Both the position numbers and the translations under genes were made by a program. From an uncultured Gammaproteobacteria bacterium (GTDB lineage: Bacteria; Patescibacteriota; Microgenomatia; CAZETR01; Amesbacteraceae), in the NCBI GenBank assembly GCA_964543035.1, contig CAZIVL010000001.1, forward strand, positions 236,159 through 300,158: a stretch of 64,000 nt of DNA, written 5' to 3'. Positions 37,032 to 45,515 of this stretch are shown here, in pieces (within the stretch, counting starts at the first letter, position 1; each line of letters begins with the position of its first letter). The notes under the pieces are model-generated. The model did no database searches, was not told where the DNA came from, and saw only the letters and a program-made list of their open reading frames with translations.

Positions 37032-38574
37032 TCTCTTACTACTGACCATTTTGATAATCACGGGTGCCGTATTGCGCTTTGCTTGGCTGGATCAGTTTCC
37101 TCCTAGTCCAAACTGGGATGAAGTATCTTTAGGGTACAACGCATATTCACTCCTTCTCACTGGTCGTGATGAGTGGGGGATGACCCTGCCCACGATTTTT
37201 AGAGCATATGGAGACTTCAAGCTTCCGGGCTACGTGTATTTTCTGACTCCAGTCATCAAAGTACTTGGTCTTTCGACGCCTGGCATCAGATTCCTCTCCG
37301 CATTAGTCGGAGTATTAAGTATTTTTCTAGTCTATTTTCTGGGAATCAGGCTCACAAAAAATAAAATCGTCGCTGGTGTGGCCGCATTCTTTATGTGTAT
37401 TTCACCCTGGAGCTTCTTTGTCTCCCGGGTCGCTCTTGAGGCCAATTTGGGGCTTTTTTTCTTCCTGTTAGGAGTAAGCTTAATTGCTTCCCAGAGATTA
37501 TTTTTGTCAATTTTGCTTTTAGGTCTCTCTGCTTGGACATACAATTCTTTTCGCATATTTACCCCTCTATTCCTAGTTTCATACGTTTTTTTGATGCGAA
37601 AGCACCTAAAAATATCTCTAATTCACTATTTATTATTCATAATTCTCTTTGTCCCCATTTTCATCCAGCTTCTCTCACCCTCGGGCCAAGCCAGATTTTA
37701 TTGGACTACCATACTTGATTCGGGTGCAATTTCTCACATCAACGAGCTTCAGAGTCGCCCAGGGGGCCGGCTTGTTTACAACAAGTTGACCTACTTCGCC
37801 TTTGTATTCACTCAAAATTATTTCCGTCACTTCTCCCCCCAAGAGCTTTTTTTGACAGGACCTACAAATTATCAATTTAGCGTTCCTGAACACGGGCTAT
37901 TTTATTTAGTGACTCTCCCATTTTTTTATCTCGGCCTCACGCAGCTACCCAGGCGAAGAGTTTTTCTGTTATGGCTGATCTTGGGTCCTTTTGCCAGCAG
38001 TGCGACACGTGACTCGCCCCACGTTTTGAGGTCCATCCCACTTTTGCCAGTATATATCTATTCTATTTCTATAGGAATGTTTTTCTTGCATCAAAAATTA
38101 AAGAAGCTTAGGATTCTTCATATTGTCACGGCAGTAAGTCTAGCGCTTGCAGTTCTTTATCTTCGCATTTACACCACGACCTATCCGAGAGACTATTCTT
38201 GGGCCTGGCAATATGGGCATGTGCAATTGGCAGAGTACCTTCAAAAAAATTATGCTAACTACGATCAAATAATTATGACAAAAAGATATGGAGAGCCTCA
38301 CGAGTTTATTAACTTTTTTCTCAAAGTGCCTCCAACAGACTTTCAAAATTCGTCATCAAAAAAATGGGACTATCACGCCAGTTGGTATTGGGTAGATGAA
38401 TTTGCAAAATTTAGGTTTGTAAACGATTGGGAATTACTAGATCAATTAAAATCCCTTGATCCATCCAAAAGATATTTAGTCATTACAAGCCCTGACAATC
38501 CGGCAAGCGGGGATCCTCTACAAGAGATATTATTTTTAGACGGCAAACCGGCATTTTTCATAAATCGACTATGA
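37018..38574 (+). CDS. PMT_2/GT39-like GT-C membrane glycosyltransferase
   Basis: NWDEVSLGYNAYSLLLTGRDEWG...AYGDFKLPGY. Confidence 0.8.
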   Translation: MKKNNLLLLTILIITGAVLRFAWLDQFPPSPNWDEVSLGYNAYSLLLTGRDEWGMTLPTIFRAYGDFKLPGYVYFLTPVIKVLGLSTPGIRFLSALVGVLSIFLVYFLGIRLTKNKIVAGVAAFFMCISPWSFFVSRVALEANLGLFFFLLGVSLIASQRLFLSILLLGLSAWTYNSFRIFTPLFLVSYVFLMRKHLKISLIHYLLFIILFVPIFIQLLSPSGQARFYWTTILDSGAISHINELQSRPGGRLVYNKLTYFAFVFTQNYFRHFSPQELFLTGPTNYQFSVPEHGLFYLVTLPFFYLGLTQLPRRRVFLLWLILGPFASSATRDSPHVLRSIPLLPVYIYSISIGMFFLHQKLKKLRILHIVTAVSLALAVLYLRIYTTTYPRDYSWAWQYGHVQLAEYLQKNYANYDQIIMTKRYGEPHEFINFFLKVPPTDFQNSSSKKWDYHASWYWVDEFAKFRFVNDWELLDQLKSLDPSKRYLVITSPDNPASGDPLQEILFLDGKPAFFINRL

Positions 38575-40175
38575 CAAAAAAGTTGATCATTATTTTTCTG
38601 ATTTTCAGTTTGGGTCTTGGCTTACGCTTGTTCAAGCTCGATATTCGCCCAATAGGATTTACCTGGGATGAGGCAGCTTTAGGCTACAACGCCTATTCGT
38701 TATTTTTGACTGGCCGCGATGAGTATCGAGTGATTTTCCCCGTAGTCCTCAAATCGTTCGGAGATTACAAACCAGGACTCTATGCTTATCTGACTGCTCC
38801 ATCTGTGGCTTTTATTGGTTTGAATGAGCTTGCCACTCGCTTGCCTTCAGCCGTATTAGGATCACTTTTAGTACTCACAGTTTTTCTACTTGCTGGTCTA
38901 TTATTTTCGTATCGAGTTGGCATGTTTGCGGCCATTCTACTGGCCATCAATCCCTGGGCCATTCACTTTTCCCGGGGTGCCTGGGAAGCAAATCTGAGTC
39001 TGTTTCTCACCACCCTCGCCGTCACCCTATATCTAAAATCATACAAAATTCAAAATACGAGATACATGATGCTGTCCTCACTACTCTTCGGCCTGACTTT
39101 TTGGAGTTACCAAGGGGCAAAGCTTATGACTCCTCTCGTCATACTCAGTCTTTTGGTCTTATTTAGACCAAAAAAGATAGTTGTTGTCCCCTGGATTATT
39201 TTTCTAGCAGTCATTTCTCCTGTCATTATTGGTCTCAAAGATCAATCGGGTAGATTACAGGTTTTGAGTTTGTTTAATTACACCAGGTCGCATGAATCGA
39301 TATCTAGGATACAGGATCAAGAGGGTAGTACTAGCCCAGCCTGGGTATTTTCTTTGTTTCACTCCGAGTTGCTCGATCAGACGAGAGGAATTGTGGAGAG
39401 GTATCTAAATCATTTCTCTCCCAGATATCTGTTTTTTGAAGGGGACTGGTCAAACTTAAGGCACACAACCCCTTACTATGGATATTTTCATATCCCAGAG
39501 ATTATCTTTATTTTGGTGGGACTAGTTTATTTGCTAAAAAAGCCCTCTCCTCAGTCGCTCTTAATATTCTTTTGGTTGGTGTTCTCGCCACTGGCTGCCA
39601 GTATCTCCCGGGACATTGTATCGGGTGTTCGCAGTCTGCCTATGGTCATCCCGCTTACTATTGTAGGGGCAATTGGTTTGGCAAAAATTTCTTCAAAAAA
39701 AATTATTTTCTTAAGTCTTTCTCTATCGATGCTATTTTTTGTAGTGTATTACTTAGATTTATATTATGTCCACGCCCCCCATTATTCCGCTTCTGCCTGG
39801 CTGTATCCGTACAAAAGAGCCATCCAGCTGCTAAACAACAATATCAATAGCTATGACCGCGTAATTTTTACCAACACCTTGGGTCAACCTTATATTTACA
39901 TACTTTTTTACAACCAGGTCCACCCTAAGCTTTATCAGCCCTGGGCGAAGCTTCAAGAGAGTAAATCTCAAGACGTGGGCGAAGTAGTGGCCTGGGACAA
40001 ATATTTGTTTCGAAAAGTCGACTGGCCAGCCGAAAGGGGCAGTCACTCAACCATCTTCGTGGGCAATCAGTATGAACTACCAGAACAAGATATGAATCCA
40101 GCGCATCTGGTGCGCTTAGGGGAGATAGAATATCCAAACGGTTTACATGCATTACGGATTGTTGGACTAAAATGA
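38571..40175 (+). CDS. PMT_2/GT39-like GT-C membrane glycosyltransferase
   Basis: TWDEAALGYNAYSLFLTGRDEY...SFGDYKPGLY. ATGA overlap. Confidence 0.8.
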   Translation: MTKKLIIIFLIFSLGLGLRLFKLDIRPIGFTWDEAALGYNAYSLFLTGRDEYRVIFPVVLKSFGDYKPGLYAYLTAPSVAFIGLNELATRLPSAVLGSLLVLTVFLLAGLLFSYRVGMFAAILLAINPWAIHFSRGAWEANLSLFLTTLAVTLYLKSYKIQNTRYMMLSSLLFGLTFWSYQGAKLMTPLVILSLLVLFRPKKIVVVPWIIFLAVISPVIIGLKDQSGRLQVLSLFNYTRSHESISRIQDQEGSTSPAWVFSLFHSELLDQTRGIVERYLNHFSPRYLFFEGDWSNLRHTTPYYGYFHIPEIIFILVGLVYLLKKPSPQSLLIFFWLVFSPLAASISRDIVSGVRSLPMVIPLTIVGAIGLAKISSKKIIFLSLSLSMLFFVVYYLDLYYVHAPHYSASAWLYPYKRAIQLLNNNINSYDRVIFTNTLGQPYIYILFYNQVHPKLYQPWAKLQESKSQDVGEVVAWDKYLFRKVDWPAERGSHSTIFVGNQYELPEQDMNPAHLVRLGEIEYPNGLHALRIVGLK

Positions 40176-41848
40176 AAAAAATACTGCTTATCTTTATTCT
40201 GATCTTGGCTTCAGTTTTGCGTTTGTATGATCTGACTTCTTATCCATCAGGGCTAAATGCCGACGAAGCAGCCTTGGGTTACAACGCTTACTCCATCATG
40301 CTGACCGGGCGCGATGAACATGGGCATTTTCTGCCTATCAACCTTGAATCATTTGGCGATTTCAAGCCCGCCCTTTACTCGTATCTTCTTATCCCGTTTA
40401 TCAAAGTAATGGGTCTGACTGAGCTTGCAGTCCGTCTCCCCTCAGCCATTTTTGGGATACTGGCCGTTTTGTTTATATATTTACTTACCAATCTTGTCAT
40501 CCCGACCGATCCTGAGCCTGCCGAAGGAGAGCGGAGGGATCCCTCGACTCCGCTCGGGATGACAGCTGGGCATGTAGCTGCATTACTTTTGGCAATTTCT
40601 CCTTGGCATCTCCACTTTAGCAGGGGAGCATGGGAGGTCAATGTCGCCACAACCCTTTTATTAATCGGCGTGTGGTTGTTTCTCCGTTGGGCCAGACTCA
40701 AAAATAATTGGTCCATATTTTTTTCGATCTTTTGTTTTTCATTGTCTATGTACACCTATCAATCAACCCGAATTATAGCCCCGCTTATTGGTCTAGGACT
40801 GGCAGCGATTTATTTTAAGGATCTGGCCAGCCGCCCAAAACTAATAATACTTAATTTATTATTTACTTTGATTCTATTATCCCCTCTGGCCTACAACGTA
40901 CTCACCACCGATTCAGCATCTAGATTTTCAGGTGTAGGTTTTACAGCAGACGAGGGTCCCCTCAACCGTATCAAAGAATTTCGTGGCCAACACTCAAATC
41001 CTGCAAGCATAATGGCCCGAATCCTTCACAATCGTGTAGTTATATATTCAATCCAGTTTGCAAAAAATTACCTCGACCATTTCGGAGGAAACTTCTTGTT
41101 TGTAAACGGGGACATCATCCAGAGAAATCGTATTCCAGAGACCGGCCTTCTCTATCTCACCGACTTTATATTTGTAGTTCTCGGACTAATATACTTGATA
41201 CAAAACCTGTCTGCCGGCAGGCAGGGTACTAAATACAAAATACAAGTTATTTTATTGTGGCTTCTCATAGCTCCCATTGCTGCTGCTCTCACCTTTCAGA
41301 CACCCCATGCACTGAGATCCCAAAACATGATAATTCCCATCACGATCCTTACAGCCGCGGGGATCTATTGGATTATAAAAAGATGGCAGACAATCGGGGG
41401 AGTAATTTTAGTTATTTTTTACTTATTCCAGGTGACTAGATATATTCATCAGTACTATGTCCATTATCCAAAAGAGTATCCAGCAGCCTGGGAATTTGGA
41501 TTCAAAGAGGTGGTAGCATATGCCGAGTCTAAAAAAGAAGAGTATGACCGCGTGCTTGTTACCGACAAATATGACCAGCCGTACATTTTGTTTCTGTTTT
41601 ATTCAAAATATCCACCCCACTTGTTTCAAGGACAGCACCAGCTGACAGTCAGAGACAAGTTTAACTTTTCGACTGTCAGAGACTACGACAAATACCATTT
41701 TGAGTCGACTCCCTGGGACAAAGTGCGAGATAATCACTCCAGTCTGATTATAGCCGCTCCAGAGGATATACCAGCAGAAGGGGTAAATGTCGTAAATACG
41801 ATATATTTCCCAAATGGGGAGGAAGCGTTTAAGATAGTCTCAAACTAG
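40172..41848 (+). CDS. PMT_2/GT39-like GT-C membrane glycosyltransferase carrying an in-frame palindromic element insertion
   Basis: NADEAALGYNAYSIMLTGRDEHG...SFGDFKPALY. ATGA overlap. A roughly 20-aa insertion (IPTDPEPAEGERRDPSTPLGMTAGH) relative to its five paralogs coincides with repeat copy 2. Confidence 0.8.
   Translation: MKKILLIFILILASVLRLYDLTSYPSGLNADEAALGYNAYSIMLTGRDEHGHFLPINLESFGDFKPALYSYLLIPFIKVMGLTELAVRLPSAIFGILAVLFIYLLTNLVIPTDPEPAEGERRDPSTPLGMTAGHVAALLLAISPWHLHFSRGAWEVNVATTLLLIGVWLFLRWARLKNNWSIFFSIFCFSLSMYTYQSTRIIAPLIGLGLAAIYFKDLASRPKLIILNLLFTLILLSPLAYNVLTTDSASRFSGVGFTADEGPLNRIKEFRGQHSNPASIMARILHNRVVIYSIQFAKNYLDHFGGNFLFVNGDIIQRNRIPETGLLYLTDFIFVVLGLIYLIQNLSAGRQGTKYKIQVILLWLLIAPIAAALTFQTPHALRSQNMIIPITILTAAGIYWIIKRWQTIGGVILVIFYLFQVTRYIHQYYVHYPKEYPAAWEFGFKEVVAYAESKKEEYDRVLVTDKYDQPYILFLFYSKYPPHLFQGQHQLTVRDKFNFSTVRDYDKYHFESTPWDKVRDNHSSLIIAAPEDIPAEGVNVVNTIYFPNGEEAFKIVSN
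40495..40564. repeat. GC-rich palindromic mini-element, copy 2, in-frame inside the 40172 CDS
   Basis: Perfect 11-bp terminal inverted repeats tgtcatcccga (40495-40505) and tcgggatgaca (40554-40564). Internal gagcggag..ctccgctc stem and gagggatccctc palindrome. It shares about 30 nt (ggagggatccctcgac.c.gctcgggatg) with copy 1. Confidence 0.6.
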
Positions 41849-41849
41849 A

Positions 41850-42626
41850 ATGACCAAAAAAATTCACTTGTCTATCGTACTCGCCACTCGCAATGAAGCC
41901 TCGGTTTTGGACAGATGCCTGGCCAGTGTAAAAGACATAGCAGACGAGATTGTAATAGCAGACGAACATTCTTCCGACGACACAGTAAAGATCGCCAAGT
42001 TTTACAAAGCTCGGGTGATATCAGTAGATCACAACGACAATTTTCACATTACCAAAAATATTGCCATTGATGCCGCAATTGGAAATTGGATACTCCAGCT
42101 TGACGCCGATGAGGTCGTATCTCCCGAACTGGCCAGTGAAATTTCGAAAATTACCGACAACCTACAACCAACAACATATAACGGCTTTTGGATAAACCGT
42201 CGCAACTGGTTTCTCAACCGTTTTTTGACCAAAGGTGGTCAATACCCAGACCCAACTATTAGATTATATAGACGGGACACGGGTCGGCTTCCTGCCCGTG
42301 ACGTCCACGAGCAGGCAAAAGTAGAGGGTAGTATAGGACGCCTCACACACGATCTGTTGCACTACCGAGACGTATCCTTTGAAAAATATATGGATGGTTT
42401 CAATAGGTACAGCACGTTCTTATCACAGCAGATGGCAGACAAAAAAATACCAATAAATGTGCTACAAGCAATTAACTATTTAGCCATCAAACCAGTTAGT
42501 ATCTTTTTCATGATTTATTTTCGTCACTTGGGGTTAGTGGACGGTTTTGCTGGATTTGTCTTCGCTCTATTCTCCGGCCTAATTCACGGAGTCGCTTATA
42601 TAAAACATTGGCAGAGGTCCATATGA
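41850..42626 (+). CDS. GT2 glycosyltransferase with C-terminal TM segment
   Basis: LSIVLATRNEASVL...EIVIADEHSSDDT...LDADE. Hydrophobic C-terminus. Confidence 0.7.
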   Translation: MTKKIHLSIVLATRNEASVLDRCLASVKDIADEIVIADEHSSDDTVKIAKFYKARVISVDHNDNFHITKNIAIDAAIGNWILQLDADEVVSPELASEISKITDNLQPTTYNGFWINRRNWFLNRFLTKGGQYPDPTIRLYRRDTGRLPARDVHEQAKVEGSIGRLTHDLLHYRDVSFEKYMDGFNRYSTFLSQQMADKKIPINVLQAINYLAIKPVSIFFMIYFRHLGLVDGFAGFVFALFSGLIHGVAYIKHWQRSI

Positions 42627-43603
42627 AAAAAATTGGCCTTGTCACCACACCTCTCACTTCAGGACATGCAATCCGAGGTGTAGGTTTTTATACCAAACGC
42701 CTCCTCCCACGCCTCAAAGAGCAGGCTGCTTCGCACGGCCTAGAAATAGTAGACCCGACAACTTCCAGTTTTGACTTAATTCACTATCCATATTTTGATC
42801 TATTTTCTCATACATTACCCATTCTGAAATCCAAAAAAACTGTAGTTACCATCCACGACGTTATCCCTCTGGAGTTTCCAGATCATTACCCGCCTGGATT
42901 CAAGGGTAGCCTCAACCTGTTTTTGCAAAAGCTGTCTCTTTACAATGTCGATAGAGTCATTACCGACTCTTATGCGTCTATAAAGACTATTCGGAAGTAC
43001 CTGGGAGTACCTCATGAAAAGCTAAAGCTAGTGTATCTGGCAGCAGACCCGATATTTAAAAAAGTAAAAAACCCCAAAAACAAATTTCATCTTCCCAAGA
43101 AATTTATTCTCTACGTGGGTGATATAAATTTCAACAAAAATATTCCAAATTTACTTGTAGCAGCAAAGATCACAGGTCTACCGCTTGTTATCGTGGGTAA
43201 GCAAGCGAGTGAGATGCCCAATATGGACTTAAGACACCCAGAGCTTCGCCACCTCTTGGATACAAAGTGGAGTCATGTCATACGTCTTGGCTTCGTATCC
43301 GACGAGGACTTGGTGGACATTTACAATCTGGCTACAGTGTATTGCCAGCCATCATTGTCTGAAGGATTTGGTCTGCCGGTTTTGGAAGCCCTGTCTTGTG
43401 GCACGGCAGTGGCTTGTAGCAACAGATCCTCCTTGCCAGAAATAGCAGGCGATGCCGCTACATATTTTGATCCCGAAGATCCAAACCTGATTGCAGATGC
43501 TATCCAAATGGCCAGTCCAAAAGGATCACAAGATCAGGTCAATAAATTCTCATGGGAAAAAGCAGCCGAAGAGACTCTCCTTACGTACTTAGAAGCGTTA
43601 TGA
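42623..43603 (+). CDS. GT4 (GT-B fold) glycosyltransferase
   Basis: ATGA overlap at 42623-42626. C-terminal EGFGLPVLEALSCGTAVACS. Confidence 0.7.
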   Translation: MKKIGLVTTPLTSGHAIRGVGFYTKRLLPRLKEQAASHGLEIVDPTTSSFDLIHYPYFDLFSHTLPILKSKKTVVTIHDVIPLEFPDHYPPGFKGSLNLFLQKLSLYNVDRVITDSYASIKTIRKYLGVPHEKLKLVYLAADPIFKKVKNPKNKFHLPKKFILYVGDINFNKNIPNLLVAAKITGLPLVIVGKQASEMPNMDLRHPELRHLLDTKWSHVIRLGFVSDEDLVDIYNLATVYCQPSLSEGFGLPVLEALSCGTAVACSNRSSLPEIAGDAATYFDPEDPNLIADAIQMASPKGSQDQVNKFSWEKAAEETLLTYLEAL

Positions 43604-44706
43604 ACACAAAAAGCATTTTCAAGTATTTTCTTCTGTCACAGATACTAATTATTACTATTACTCTTTTTTCTCCTCGGTTCCTAATACTTAGAGAAACATA
43701 TCTAGGTGGTGCCACCCAGACATATCAATCGAACCCTCTTATCTACTCCCGGGGTAATTTTGATGGTATTCATTACATTGCCATTGCCAAAAATAGCTAT
43801 GGCCACCTTCAGCAAGCATTTTTTCCTCTGTATCCCATGACAATTCGATACGCTAATACTTTGTTTGCAAATCCATATTTGTCGGGCATTTTCATATCAA
43901 GTATTTCATTCGTTCTTTCACTAGTAGTCTTTAAGAAATTAATTGCGCTAGATTATTCAGATCAGATCGTGCGACACACTCTTTTATCACTAATTTTTTT
44001 TCCGACCAGCTTTTTCTTTTCATTTGTCTATACCGAAGGGCTATTTTTTCTTCTGATACTTATCTCTTTATATCTTGCCAGGACAAACCGCTGGTGGCTG
44101 GCAGGAGCAGTAGGTGCATTGGCTTCTTATACTAGATTTATAGGCATTTTTCTCATCCCAGCCTTACTGGTCGAGGCCTATTTGCAAAAACGCCTTAATT
44201 TAAAAAACATTTTAGCAATAGGTTTGGTTATTGTAGGCTTAGGATTATTTATGAATTATTTGGGAGGAAGTGTAGGGGACCCTCTCGCATTTATTCATGT
44301 CCAAAAGTATTTTGGCCAGGGTCGTTCTGATTCAATTATACTTTGGCCTCAAGTGGTCTGGAGGTATCTGAAGATGGTAGCTACTGTAAATCAGTCAGAC
44401 CCTTTGTATCTGACCATTATTTTTGAGTTTGGAGTCAGCTTGTTGTTTTCAGTTCTTACATTTTTTTCAGTGCTTAGGGTCAGAGCCAGTTATGCCTTAT
44501 TTGGTTTATTGGCATATATTACTCCTACTTTGACCGGTAGTTTTACATCCATGCCGCGATATGTCTTGGTGTGTTTTTCAAGCTTCGTCTTGTTAGGACA
44601 GATATTGTCAAAACATAGATGGGCAAGACTTATTTATATTCTGTCTTCAGTTATTCTAATGGCAATTTTTCTCACCCTCTTTGTCAGAGGTTACTGGGTT
44701 GCATAA
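43600..44706 (+). CDS. polytopic membrane protein, PIG-V/GT-C mannosyltransferase-like
   Basis: ATGA overlap at 43600-43603. NFDGIHYIAIAKNSYGHLQQAFFPLYP resembles the PIG-V family fDGxHYxxIAxxGY motif. About 9 TM helices. Confidence 0.45.
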   Translation: MNTKSIFKYFLLSQILIITITLFSPRFLILRETYLGGATQTYQSNPLIYSRGNFDGIHYIAIAKNSYGHLQQAFFPLYPMTIRYANTLFANPYLSGIFISSISFVLSLVVFKKLIALDYSDQIVRHTLLSLIFFPTSFFFSFVYTEGLFFLLILISLYLARTNRWWLAGAVGALASYTRFIGIFLIPALLVEAYLQKRLNLKNILAIGLVIVGLGLFMNYLGGSVGDPLAFIHVQKYFGQGRSDSIILWPQVVWRYLKMVATVNQSDPLYLTIIFEFGVSLLFSVLTFFSVLRVRASYALFGLLAYITPTLTGSFTSMPRYVLVCFSSFVLLGQILSKHRWARLIYILSSVILMAIFLTLFVRGYWVA

Positions 44707-44735
44707 ACGCACACGCAATTATATAGTTCAGCCTA

Positions 44736-45515
44736 ATGAAGCCCTATCTATCTGTGGTTTTACCAGCATACAAACAAGAAAAACATATTGTAAAAAATGT
44801 GAGAAGGCTCAAAGAAGTCTTAGAAAAGTTAAATGTAACCTATGAAATAATTAGTGTTTCAGATGGACGTTTAGACAAAACTCAGTCTAATCTAAAAAAA
44901 GCAAAGATGCGAAATGTTATTTCAACAGGTTATGAGCAAAACAGAGGAAAAGGACAAGCAGTGAGGTTTGGTATGGCAATGGCTAGAGGAAAAATAGTTG
45001 GCTTTGTCGATTCAGGTGATCTTGATTACTCAGTTATTCCATTATTATTTGAGCATATGAAATGGTACGAAGCAGACGTGATTCTTGCTTCAAAGAGACA
45101 TCCTGCATCCAAAGTCAGTTATCCTTGGCAAAGAAGAATAATTTCATGGGTATATCAGATTATGGTAAAAATTATGTTCGGGCTAAATCTTAAAGACACA
45201 CAAGTCGGAATGAAGTTTTTTAAGAAAGAAGTTATTGAAAAAGTGCTCCCCAGAATTTTAGTAAAGGAATTTGCTTTCGACATAGAGATGTTAGCCGTCG
45301 CGAATTATCTAGGTTTCAAGAGAATTTACGAGGCTCCAGTAAAATTGTCTCTTGATTTTAACAAAGCCTCATCTGTCATCTCAAAAGGATTCGTACGTAC
45401 AGTTTTTCGCATGATTTGGGATACAATATCTGTATTCTACAGATTAAGGATTCGAAGATACTATGACGATGCAAACAAAAAAAATTGGCAACCCAATATG
45501 TATCTAGAATGGTAA
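44736..45515 (+). CDS. GT2 glycosyltransferase
   Basis: LSVVLPAYKQEKHI...EIISVSDGRLDKT...FVDSGD. Confidence 0.7.
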   Translation: MKPYLSVVLPAYKQEKHIVKNVRRLKEVLEKLNVTYEIISVSDGRLDKTQSNLKKAKMRNVISTGYEQNRGKGQAVRFGMAMARGKIVGFVDSGDLDYSVIPLLFEHMKWYEADVILASKRHPASKVSYPWQRRIISWVYQIMVKIMFGLNLKDTQVGMKFFKKEVIEKVLPRILVKEFAFDIEMLAVANYLGFKRIYEAPVKLSLDFNKASSVISKGFVRTVFRMIWDTISVFYRLRIRRYYDDANKKNWQPNMYLEW

